The notes under the pieces: generated by a model
Seen by the model: only the letters and a program-made list of their open reading frames with translations
Told to the model about the DNA's origin: nothing
Databases searched by the model: none
Part shown: piece by piece, positions 1 through 13,249 of the stretch
Layout: each line of letters opens with the position of its first letter
Numbering within the stretch: position 1 is the first letter of the stretch
Translations under genes and position numbers: made by a program
NCBI RefSeq assembly: GCF_009914755.1
Contig: NC_060925.1
Length of the DNA stretch: 64,000 nucleotides
Strand: one strand, 5' to 3'
From: the human T2T-CHM13v2.0 reference genome, Homo sapiens

Positions 1-409
<409 letters not shown>

Positions 410-1514
410 TCAGTTCCAGCTCGAGACAACCCCAGGAGGGCTTCCTGAAGAATGACCTTGGGCTCTGGTTCCCAAGGCCCATCTGGGGGACCCCTAGTTC
501 TAGACCTGGCTCTCCTCTTCCTGCCCTAGGCTGCCCGGGGCCTCCCCCGCCAGGACTCCGAACACAGACCTGCCGGGAAGCTGGTTGGAGCGTGCCCCGG
601 GCCAAGAGGGGCCATGGGAGCCCCCCCACAGCAGCAACAGAACAGAGGAGGGGGTCTATTCTTCTTTTTAAATCCTCCTTCCCAGCCTCGCAGAGGAGAG
701 GCCTAGGATGCGGTGGTGGGGCTGAGGGCAGAGTCAGCTCAGGCCTCCCAGCAGCCCTGCCCAGGCAGGTTCCTCTCCCCACCGGCCCATGTTAACAGCT
801 GGGAAGGCCGTGGATGTGTAAAGGGCTCCAATGACCGTGTGAGACTGGGAGTTGGAACCCGCTTTTGAAGACAAGAAAATGGAGGCAGAGAGAGAGCAAG
901 ACTGAGTCTCTGTGGCAGAGAAAGGACTGGTTCTCATCACAAGGCCTCTGCTGGGGACACACGTGCCTCTCCTGCCCAGGTGCAGCACGCGGAGGTTCTG
1001 TGCGCTCACACCTGGGTTGTGGGCACTGAGTTCACAGGAGCTCTGGCCTCCACCTCACCCTGGGCCTGTGTCTCTGGAGCCGACTCGTGGCCACACAGTG
1101 ACTGGATGCCACCCTAACCTGCCTTGGCAGCAAAGTGAGACAGCAGTCAGACAAACTTGGGGACCCAGACCCCAACCTGGTCACAGTGTCCAGCCCAGAC
1201 TCTGCCCCTGCTCCCCCAGGAATGTGGCTTCTCAATGGGCTCCAAGGCAAGGGTGTTCCATCCTCTGTCCCCAACTTTTGTCATCACAGACCCCCAAAAC
1301 CTCAGCATTCAAAGGGGCTCAGGGATTGAGTCTAACACCCTTGATGGGGAAACTGAGGCCCAGACAGGGTGAGGCACTTCCCTCAGGGTCACACAGCACA
1401 TTGGACCTGGCACACAATCCTAGGGCCTCTGGTCCTGAGCCCCAACACGTACTTGAGAGGGAGCTGTCCCGTCTTTGAGGCAGCACAGGATCAAGGCTTA
1501 CTGTGTGGCTTCTG

Positions 1515-1690
1515 GAGCCGGACAGTTATCCTGGTTTGGACACTTACTAGCTTTGTGTCCTTGGGCAAGTCACTTAACCTCTCTGCGCATCAGTTTCCCC
1601 ATATAAAACATGAGACGATAACAGTTCATCAGGATTCAGTTAATTCACATCGAGTACTTAGAATGGCACTGGGCACAGAGCAGGGGTCCA
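1515..1690 (+). mobile_element. MIR SINE (one of many; others at ~2980, 15400, 23200, 33980, 41100, 43200, 55450)
   Basis: CCTTGGGCAAGTCACTTAACCTCTCTG...CAGTTTCCCCAT core. Confidence 0.75.
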
Positions 1691-4600
1691 TGAGGCTTTG
1701 CAAGGCCACTGTGGCTGTGGTGTCTCTTACTCTGGGTACCCAGGAGAACTGGCTCATTCAGGGCCCTGCCAAGTTGAGGCCCTGGTGCAGGGCCTCCCTT
1801 CTACTCTGGCAGCCGGGGGAGGTGGATGAGCCCCCAGCAGTGGTCCAGAGGTGCAGTCTGTCCAGCCCAGCAACCCCTCTGTGTCACCCACCAAAGGATA
1901 AGGGCCGGTGCTAGCCGGAGTGGGCTCTGCCTGCCACGCCGAGGCTTGGCTGAGGACGGAGAGCTATGAGCCTGAGGTGTGTGTGACTTCGGCTGGGACT
2001 TGGAACTTCTCGGGGCTTTGGGGTCTTCCCAAGTCAGCTGGGGTATGTTTCCCTCAGCAGCGTACTCTGGCCCTGGGCGTGGATCCGAACGGAGTGATGC
2101 TCCTGGCTTAAGGTAAGAAGATGTGGGGACAGCAGTCTGGGTGGCGGGGGCCTTCTGGGACATCTGGGATGTTCCCTAGTAGGTCACTTGGCTGTCCCGG
2201 CCCCTTGAGGCCGAGAGCCTCCGAGGCACCTGGCTGCCAGTTTTCATCTGGGGAGCCCCTCGGGGGGAGAGGTCCTGTTGCAGGTGCTGGGCACGTCAGC
2301 ACAGCTGAGATGGGTGGGGTGGAAGTGGGTGCTGGCCGCCTGATGGGAACCCCATTCTCAAGACGAAGGAAACAAATGGGGACCGCAGGATACAACGGCA
2401 GGACTGTGCCCCTCAGAGCTCACGCGGGCTGCAGGGCGCTGGGCTGGGCCTCCCTGGACCTGCCACCATCCCCTCCAGCCTCTTTCCTCAGGGCCACCAC
2501 CCCTCCTCCGGGGTGGTGGGGGAAGTACCTGCCCTCAGCACTCCCTCAGACCCCCCAGCAGCTTCCTTGGAGCTCCTGTACCCCCACCCTGCGGCCTCGC
2601 AGCCCCAGGAAACCCGAGCTGCCCGGGGCACTGTCGAGTGGCCAATCCCAACAGTGGAAAGAAATGTTTATTTTCTTCTCCAGATTGTCCGGGCTGCTGC
2701 ATGGTGGCTGAATGAGCCCTTTCAGCTGTGAGAAGCCCCCATTGTGGGCGGCTGCGGCTGGGGGCTGGGGCTGGGGTATGGGAGGTGCTGGGGTCTCTGC
2801 ACTGCTTGCCAGTGACCAATATTGGAGGGTCAAAGCACTTAACAGGCACCGAGGGAAGTGGTGGTGGGGTGTCCCAAGGGGGATCCCCAGGAGGGAGTCC
2901 GAGGGCAGAGGGAGGAGGGCCTGTGAGAGTGACTTCCCAAGCCTAGGTCTGCCAGCAACCCCTCTTTGTCAGGGACCTCCTTCTCCCCACTTCACAGATG
3001 AGAAAACTGAGGCTGAGTTTAAGTGACTTGTCTAAGATCATACAGCCAATGCCTGGCAGAGCCTGAATTCCTAGCCTGGTCCAGCTGACTGCAGAGTTCA
3101 TGCTCGCCCTGTCCTGGTCATCCGAGGCCCTTTCTCTCACCCAAAGGGGATGGGCCTGAGGATGGAGATGCCTGGCTGCCTGTGGCCCAGTGCTGTGGGG
3201 GGCTAGCGAGGGACTGGGCCAGGCCTCAGGAGGGAGCAGGCAGAGAAGCAGAAGTCAGCCACTGCCCCACACAGGCTGGGCTCCTTTCCTCCCAGCCCAG
3301 GATGGAAGCAGCAGCTGTGCCTGCCGTGGGGCCAGGCATTGATTCCCAAGCTGTGCCCACCCAGCAGTGGATGGGCAGATGTGGGCTCTCCTTCCATGGG
3401 GGCTGGTGGACAGGAAGCCACTGTTCACCCCACCTCCTGGATTCTGGCTCCCCCGCTGAGCCCCGATCCCCTGGCCTGGCTCTGTCCATGGCAGAGAAAG
3501 GCTGGCTCTCAGGCTACTGCACCTCGACAGATGCTGGCCCATGGGTAGCAGAAGCAGAGGCAGCTACGCGGCAGGGGTGGGCGTGAGCACAGCGTGCAGG
3601 GCTCCTTCCGCTACCTCTTGAGAGCAGACCTCCAACTCCTGGGCTCGAGAGCTGAGAGTCTCAAATGCACTAGCTCCTGGGCTCAGAGAGGCTGGGCCTG
3701 GGGCTTCTCCCAACCTTGGCGTCTCAGCAGGACCAAGGCCAAAAGTCCTGAGCCCAGGCCAGAAGGGGAGGGGTCCTCTCTTCACACTGAAGGCCTGCAT
3801 CCAGCCCCTGGCTGCAGCACTATGCCTGGAACAATGTCAGTAGAGAGACCCAGTCGGCCCCCACCTCAGCGTGGCACCGGAAAAGGGGGTGGGGCAGGCA
3901 GACCGGTTGGCAGCCCTGTTCCAGGCCCCTTTATCTGTCCCCTCAGAAGTACAGAAAGTTCTTGGGAGCAGGTACTGTGGAGACTGTGGACCTGGTCACA
4001 GATGGGCTGTGTGACCCGAGGGTGGCTCTGAACCTCTTAGGCCTCTCAATTCATTCATCTGCCAAGGGGTTCTAACCAGGCTCTGGGGAATTGAGAAAGA
4101 ATGGGCACAGTCCGTGACGGCAGCCAGCTGCCTGCCTCTGTCCACCCGGCCACCAAGCACCCTTGGCACCCCACTTAGCCCAAGGGCCGGCTGTGCACAC
4201 AGCCTCCCATGTCCCCAGCTCACTGACTGAGAGAACAGAGGAGAGATGCAGCCGGCAGCCGTTTAGTGAGCGGCTACTATGCGCCAGGCACCTCGATACT
4301 CCAGAAGACCTGCCTGAGGCCTGGCTGCAACTGTGCTTGCTGTATCCGTCTAGGCAGTGGAGATGGAGACCCCAGCTCGGTCTTCCCTTCCACCTCAGCT
4401 CCTCCTGTTTGGGAGGATGCTCTGGGCAGGGTGGGAGACCTTTCCCAGGAATGCTATGTGCCTCTCTAGGGTTGGAATGTCACTTAACAGTGTGCAAAGT
4501 TTGTGTGAGTACAGTAATGTCATTTGAATGTCATCCCAGCCCTGGGTGGAGGCATCCGCCCCAATCCACTTTCAGATGAAAAATCGCAGGCTGTGGGGCA

Positions 4601-4979
4601 GGGGTGGGGAAACTGTACATGGCAGGGGCGAGTCTGTCACGGCTCCTTGGACAAGTCATGCCCCAATTTTAATAGGGGCACTATGGGGTTAACCCCATTT
4701 CCCCAGGCACAGTGAACTCCTGGTATGCAGATCCCTGGGGCCAGGCACCAGGCATGTGTCAGTAATGTCAGTGTTTGCTGAGTGAACGAATGATGGCTAG
4801 CACACAGAAAGCCCACAGGAACCGTCTGCAGGTGCCAATGAGCACCAGCAGCTCCTCTACAAAACAAGGGGGTGCAGTGACTGATCTTCGGACAGGCTTT
4901 TGGTCTGGGGCAGATTGGACCACATCGAGGCCCTCCACCCCCACCTCACCCCGCTGCAGCCCCTCCCTCCGTGCCGTAC

Positions 4980-5138
4980 CTTGGATTGGGGTCTGGGGCT
5001 GGCTGCTGAAGTGGCTTGTGGTGCTGAGTGAGCCTCGGGGGCTGGGTGTGCTCGGTGTCACCCGCATGCGCAGCCGTTCCAGGTCCCCAAAGCGGTCAGG
5101 GAACGGCTTGGTCTGGTCCTCCAGCTTCTGCCGGTGCC
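4980..5138 (-). CDS. RUNX3: RUNX3 internal coding exon (159 nt, phase 1-1)
   Basis: Acceptor TCTGCAG| at 5140-5139; donor AAG|GTACGG at 4979. Encodes (R)HRQKLEDQTKPFPDRFGDLERLRMRVTPSTPSPRGSLSTTSHFSSQPQTPIQ(G), contained in ORF 4768..5160. Confidence 0.98.
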
Positions 5139-5340
5139 CTGCAGAGCACAGGAAGCCCATCAGCCGTTGCTTCCCCAGAGTCTCAGTGGAGACAGAAATG
5201 CCTCACTCTGCTGGGAAGTTCTTCCTGAGGTCTGACCTTAGGCCTCTGCTGGGAGAACCCTGAGGTCACCGCCAGCCTCTTCACAGAGGTTTTCAAAAGA
5301 CTTTCTGAACAGAGAATGGTCGTTATGTGCCACCCCACAT

Positions 5341-6064
5341 ATCTAAACCTCTACAACACACGGTGATCCAAACCTCTACAACACGCGGTGATCTAAACCT
5401 CTACAACACGCGGTGATCTAAACCTCTACAACACGCGGTGATCTAAACCTCTACAACACACTGTGATGTAAACCTCTACAACACGCGGTGATCTAAACCT
5501 CTACAACACACGGTGATCCAAACCTCTACAACACACGGTGATCTAAACCTCTACAACACACGGTGATCTAAACCTCTACAACACACTGTGATGTAAACCT
5601 CTACAACACGCGGTGATCTAAACCTCTACAACACACTGTGATGTAAACCTCTACAACACGCGGTGATCTAAACCTCAACCACACGCGGTGATCTAAACCT
5701 CTACAACACGCGGTGATCTAAACCTCTACAACACGCGGTGATCCGAACCTCAACCACACGCGGTGATCCGAACCTCTACGACACACGGTGATCCGAACCT
5801 CTACGACACGCGGTGATCCGAACCTCTACGACACGCGGTGATCCAAACCTCTATGACACGCGGTGATCCGAACCTCTACGACACGCGGTGATCCGAAGCT
5901 CTACGACACGCGGTGATCCGAACCTCTACGACACGCGGTGATCTGAACCTCTATGACACGCGGTGATCTGAACCTCTACGACACGCGGTGATCCAAACCT
6001 CTACGACATGTGGTGATCCAAACCTCTACGACACACGGTGATCCAAACCTCTACAACACACTGT
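5341..6064. repeat. 25-bp minisatellite (VNTR), ~29 copies
   Basis: Unit ATC(T/C)(A/G)AACCTCTAC(A/G)ACAC(G/A)CGGTG recurs exactly every 25 bp from 5341 to 6041 with no indels. Confidence 0.97.
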
Positions 6065-6085
6065 TTGGCAGAAGAGGAAACTGAG

Positions 6086-6393
6086 GGCCAGGTGCAGTGG
6101 CTTACGCCTATAATCTCAGCACTTTGGGAGACTGAGATGGGAGGATCAGTTGAACCCAGGAGTTTGAGATCAGCCTGGGCAACTATCGAGACCCCTGTCT
6201 GTACAAAAATTAAAAAAAAAAAAGAAAAAAGAAAAACTTAGCCAGGTGGGGTGGCACAAGCCTGTAGTCCCAGCTACTGGGATGACTGAGGCAGGAGGAT
6301 CACTTGAGCCCAGGAGGTGGAGGCTGCAGTGAGCTGATTGTACCACTGCATCCCAGTCTGGGCAACGGAACAAGGACCCTAGATCTAAAAAAA
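6086..6393 (+). mobile_element. Alu (AluJ-like) inserted into a MIR remnant
   Basis: Dimeric Alu with A-rich linker; target-site duplication AGGAAACTGAGG on both sides. Confidence 0.92.
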
Positions 6394-7724
6394 GGAAACT
6401 GAGGCAACAGACATGAGAAAGTGGCTCATGCCCCCAAGGGAGGCAGGGAGATAACCCAGGAGCACTGCCACCCTCTGCCTCCCAGCATCCCAGCCTGCCT
6501 TGCACACTGTCTCCCATGTCTACAAGAACAATGGGAGGTGGCCCCAGGAGGGGACTGCAGGCTTTTCCAGCCCTAAGTCACTCTGGGATCCCCAGAACAT
6601 GCCTTCTTCTCTCTGGGCCTCAGGCAGAAAAATAACTCCACCAGGATGCTGGGCAGAGGTGTAGGGGGCTTGCATGAGGGACTAGACAGCCATCTCTGCC
6701 TGGAAGCTGGGGTCAGGGGACGAGATGTCACACCTGGAGAAAACTGCCAGCATTTTCCACTCCCTATCTGCCAGAGCCCACACAGGAAGAATCCCAGCCT
6801 CACATCCGAGGACTCAGAGGTGCTGGGAGGGTCAAGGTGGCCAGGCTCCCACCCTCCTGCGGCCTGCTGAGGCCGAGGGACACTTCTGGAGTGATATCAA
6901 GCTTGCAGGGACCTCCCCCGCCACACACACTTTTTTAATTACTAATTTTACATTTCACAAGCAACACGTGAATATTTACAAAAATAAAAGCATTACAGAT
7001 AAGGCTCTGTCCACCGCTCTAAGCTCCTCTCCAGAGTCCCCACCGTGACCAGTTTCTTTCCAGACATTTTTCATCTTCCATGAATGGAAAACGCAAAGTA
7101 GGCTTCTCATGGAACTCTCTTGAACAGCCTCAGTCCGGGTGTGTCATTCTGTAACTTGCTTTCTTAGTAGCACACCTTGGAGCTCAAACTCAGTTTCCCT
7201 ATCTGCAAAATGGGGACAGTAATCCAGCCCCACAGAAATGACGGAGTTCCCATAAAACCCTGGGGATCCTCCCTGCTACGGAAGGGATTCAACAAGCATG
7301 GCGAGAATGACGCTGCTCTCCCTCTTTCCTGCTGGCCACTGGAGGCACAGTTCACTCCGCAGTCCTCTCCACCCACATTTCAGTCCTTCTCAAGCTTCCC
7401 CTTTAGTTCCCTTACATGCAACACTCCCGGGAACGTCCCTGTTCGCACCCCCTAGTGGCTGCAGCTTCTCCAGGGCTGACCCGAGGAAAGGACGGCTCCC
7501 TTGGAGGACTGTGCACTCCAGGGTTCGGCTGATCAACCCTAACACGGTCACGGCCATTCTACCTCACGTGACTTGGTGGGAGGCTGCCAGTCAGGCAGGG
7601 TGGCCAGGCCCTCTTTTACAAGTAAGAGAACTGCAACTGCGGAGAGGCGAGGAAGCTTGTTGGAGGCCACACGCCGAACAAGGGGTGGGATTTCCTGGAC
7701 CTGGGACCCTTTAGAAAAGATGGA

Positions 7725-8152
<428 letters not shown>

Positions 8153-11100
8153 TCACTGCGCTTTTTGGGGCCTGAACAAGTGATTGCTGGGGACTCGAAA
8201 AGTGGGAAAAGCCTGTCGACCACTGTAGGGCATGAGGGGACAGAGCCCGAGGCCTCGCATGGGCCTGATTTCTGATTTTCAGAATGGGAACGCAATGGAT
8301 TCTGGTACTTGTAGGCCCCCAAGCTCCCTACGCATCCCTGTTGGAAGCTCAAACAGGTATCTGGGAGCCTCAGAAAGAAAGCAGGGGGCCTGGGAGCCAC
8401 AGGGGCTCAGCCAGTCACCAAGAACCAGGGAGCCCCACCTTCTCCTCCAATGAGGCCCCAGACCAGGAATCCATGGGACACTTGGTGGCAGGAATAAGAC
8501 CATTTGGTCTCTGGCCAGGCCCCCACTGCTGCCTCCCAGGGCCCTTGGCAACAAAGGGGAAAACATGGGCTGGGGGCGAGTTTAGCTGGAGCTGGGGCTG
8601 CAAACTCAGATGCCCATGGGGATGGGGCAAGTCACGTGAACGAGGCAAGTGGGATGGGTGGGGCCTGGAGCGGATGGGGAGGAGATGCCTTGTGGAAAGC
8701 ACCTGACTGCTACCCTGAGGAGGGCAGGCCCAGTACGGCCAGAGCTTCCAATTCCAGACCGAGTCCTCAGCCCTAACAGGCCTTGGAGGAAATGTTGTCC
8801 TTGCTCCTGAGGCCACTGGAAATGGCAGGGAGATGTGGATGAGCTGGGGGACAAGTGAGCAGAAGAATCTTAACAGGCATGAAGCCTGCCGGGTGGACGT
8901 GGGGACCACAGACTGATCCGACAACAGCCTGAGTGCAAAGGATCTGGGTGTTTTAGTCAGCCACAAGCTTGAAGGGAGCCAATAGGGCTGGTGCAAAACC
9001 TCAGGCCTTGTTACTTTCGTCACAGGAGAATAAAGTCCCCTGTTTCTGAGTCACACCATGTACAAAGAGTGTTTACAGTTACTCCTGCGGCCTGGCGGAA
9101 GAGGGCGGGGTTGACAGCCAGCCTGGGTTCGAGGACGGGTCCTGTCACTTGCAGTCTGGTGGCCTCACTCAAGTCACACTCCTTTCCCCCACCCCGAGCT
9201 GCGGTGTCCCCATCACACTGTCTTTGTGGGTTGAGGTGCTGGCCTAAGGTGTGGACACTTTCCAGTCACGTGGGTCACCACCATCATGACCATCGCTTTT
9301 ATCTCTGCTCATGCCCAAAGGAAGCAGAACTATCATCCCCATGCTGGAGACCGGGGTGTGGAGGCCAGGATGCTGAAGTCGTGTGAGGAACACAGAGCCT
9401 GAGCAGCAAGGCAGGATTCACACCCGGATCCCCCGACTCCAAGCCCAGGGCTCTTTTCCTGACACTTTCCCTTTTGTTCCCATTGTTTAGACGGGGCCAC
9501 CGAGGCTTCACCATGAGACCGACGCTGAGCGCCTGTTCCGGGACCCAGGCTGTGGGTCAGGTAATCTGACCCCGGAACCCACGCTCCCACCACATGCTCC
9601 CTTGCCCTCCGTAGGGCAGACTTCCCGGAGGAGGGGAGTCCAACAGCACTTCGGAAATAGCTTCCTTGTTACTGTGGAACGCTGGAGCCACTGCCAGGGA
9701 GGGGAGAGGGGAGCCAAGGCGGCCCCACGTGGCCAGGGCGCCAGAGAGTCTCAGAGCCACAGGGCCAGGGCTCTCACACTGGGAATAGGACAGAAGTTCC
9801 AGTGCCTGAGGAAAGAAGATGGTCTTCAGAAAAAGCCTCTTTCATTCGGTTACCCAGAGCAAGAGCTGCGTGGGGAGCTCTGGCTCTAACCCACTCCGTC
9901 ACCTTGGGCCCAGTCCTGCTACGCCTCAGTTTCCCCTCTGCACAGTCTGCTCACTGAGGCCCCTTCCTTTTGAAAGTCCCTGATTTAAGGTAGCAAAGAT
10001 CAGCCGCTGGTCAGAGGGGCCCCAGAAAGAAAAGAAGGCAGGGCTGCTGGCCCCAGGGCCCACCCACTACCACTTCTTCCTGCTGCTGCTGTTCCCAGTA
10101 TTTCTTGAATATTCTCTGCCCCCCACTCTTCAGAGCCTCAGCTCAGGACAGCCTCTGCCAGCAATGCTTTCTGTCCTGTGAAGCCCAGTCCAGGAGCCCC
10201 TCCTCCAGGAAGCCCCCCTTCTCCCACAGTAGATCCCCATCACACCTCTGCAGGCTAGGGCTGTCCTTTAAAGCAGTCGCCAGCAGGAGTGGAAATCATC
10301 AAAACGGCAGCAGATGCTTGCTGGGTGCTTCCTCCACGGCAGCGTCTAAGCAGCTGACAAGCACCATCTTGTTTCGCCTGGCAGCATCCCCTTGAGTAAT
10401 GTCTGCCACCATCCTATCATATGGGTGAAAAAACTGAGGCTCTGGACAGCCAGTGAGCTCAAGGTCAAGCAGAAGACACACAGCCACCTGCTCTCCCTAG
10501 AGCCTGTGAAAACACATCTATTGTGGCGGAAGAGGGCGGGGTTCACAGCCAGCCTGGGTTCGATACATCAATAGATGTATCGGGACTCCACAATAGATGT
10601 TAGGGCCCCGTCCAGCCCCAGGCCCAGAGCTGCTATCTGCAGGCCCAGGAGGATAGGACTTGGGAGAGGAAGATGAGAAGGTCTCAGTGGACTCCACCAG
10701 GGGCCCTTCCCTGCTCTGAAGCTCAGGGTTGAGAGTGCAATTTCCAATCATACCCTGCTCTAGACCACCAAGTCACTCTCTGCCTCTGGGCCACAGTTTC
10801 CACATCTGTAAAGTGGTTATCATACTGTCTAACCCCTGAGGGTGCCGATGAGCTGGAGGACAGGCCACATGCTTTTAAAAGCAGAGGACTGAGATGGCTG
10901 GGGAAAGCCCCGCGTTGGCCCTCAGGGCCTGTCCTGGCTGCTGTCAGCCTCCAGCTGCTGGGCTCAGATCAGACAGCTCCTCCAGCATGGCCTGGATTAG
11001 TGTCTATGACCCTCACTTATGGGAGGGCAGATCCCAGCCTGCCCCTCCCAAGGGCCCAGTGGCCCCAAGCTCATACCAGGCAGCTCTCACCCACCAGTGG

Positions 11101-12862
11101 TCACTGTCTTGGGCAAGCCACTCTTGCCTTCTGGGCCTCAGCTGTCTTATCTGCAAAATGGGGATCACACCTCTAACCCCCGAGGGTCAGGAAAGGTTTC
11201 AAGAATTACACAGCCCACCAGGCCTTGGCCTTTGAGGAAGGTGTTCTGGGTTCCCATTCTGACTTGGCCATCTGCTCCTAGGCAAACAGCTCCTCTCTGA
11301 TGCGTCTGTGCAGTGGGGGTGACCCACCTCACAGGCATATGATAAAGGCCAAAGTGGGAGCAGGAATGCTGGGCCCCAGCCAGTCTGGGGACTCACCAGG
11401 GTCACGCAGTGTGGGAGCTAGAGGACCAGGGCTGGATTCTGGGTTGGCAGCTCCTTTACCACTGTCCCCAGGGAATCCTTCCCCACCACCAGCCTGGCCA
11501 GCCTGGGGTCCTACCCCCGCCAGGTACCTGATGCTTCTGGGGGAACCAAGAGACCATCAGGGTTACCCCCTTGCCTCCATGCAGGCCCAACACAAGCCCC
11601 TGTCATAGGAGTGGCAACCATTTTAGCAGGCATCCATGATGTGCCGGGCACTGTGCAAGGGGGGCCATGCATGTCGTCTCCAAGGGTCATATCCCTCTGA
11701 CAGGCTGTGACTATCACCCCCGTTTTACAGATGGAAAAGTGGAGGCACACGGTCAAGGTCACACGGTGTGTGGCACCCCTGAGATTCAAACCTGGAAAGG
11801 TCACACATGGAGCTCAGCTGCTAAGGTCATCGCTTCCCAAGACCTCCATGAGAGAAGAGCTGGGTCACCTGGCCGTAAGGTCCAGCTGGCAAGAGGCCAG
11901 CTCAGTGTTCAGCCTCTTGGGAAAAGCAGAGTCGGGCAGGGCCACAGGAACAGCATCGTCTGCTGGGGACAGTGTGGGCTCCAATGACCAGGCCCGTCAC
12001 CCATCTGAAGCCACTCGGCAGCCTTCTTGGCCGCCTGGTGCGGCTGTGACCCAGACACAGCAGCCACTGTCTACCCAGCAGCAGGGTGGGGCGCCGGGCC
12101 CGAGGCCGGCTCTGCGGCCTGTCAGGAGATTTACACCCGACTCTTAACAGCCTCGCGGAATCGCAGGCGGGTGCCGGGCCTGGGGTGGTCTGCTGTGAAT
12201 CGGCCCCCTGTGAGCAGATGAAAGCCGGGTCGGTGGCTGGGCAGGGAAACGGGCTGGCCGGGGGCCAGCGGGCAGGGAGGCGAGCGGTTCCCTCCCAGGG
12301 CTGCAAGTGGGGCTTCCAGAGGCCTGGGGTTGATTAGGAGAACCCAGGAGGTCTGTGGTTAACCCCTTCCCTCCTGCTGGGCAGACTCCGCTAGCCCTGC
12401 CCCTAGCGCAGGAGACACTCCTGGGGGTTGTGGGGATCTTGGGAGCCAGGGACCTGGAGCAGCTGCCTCTCCTCAGCCCAGGAAGAAACTACAGAAACTC
12501 TAAGGCCTTCAAAGGCCCAACTGCGGGCTCAGGGTCACTTCTCCTGCCCACGCCAAACCCTCGGCAGCCACACTCTGCTGGCTGCTCACTTCAGGCCCCT
12601 GCTCAAAGGTCACCTCTTCAGGAGGCCTCCCCGCCCCATCCCTTGTTCCATCCCTTGCACGCTCCACTCCTTCTCCCAGCTTTGTTTTTCTTCATAGGAC
12701 TTCCTACTACCCGAAATGACATTAATGAATCATTTGCTTATTCATCAACGATTTATGGAGCAGCTGTGAAGGGCTCCTGCCCACATTCTCAGGGTCTAGC
12801 TATACCAGGGCCTGGCAAACCAGAGCAAAGAACTCTGCCCTTGTAGAGCATAAACAACAGGG

Positions 12863-13249
<387 letters not shown>

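Noticed and set aside
5341-6064. Regular repeat array that could be mistaken for CRISPR
   Set aside because: Units are head-to-tail with no unique spacers, there are no cas genes, and the context is a human intron. It is a minisatellite.
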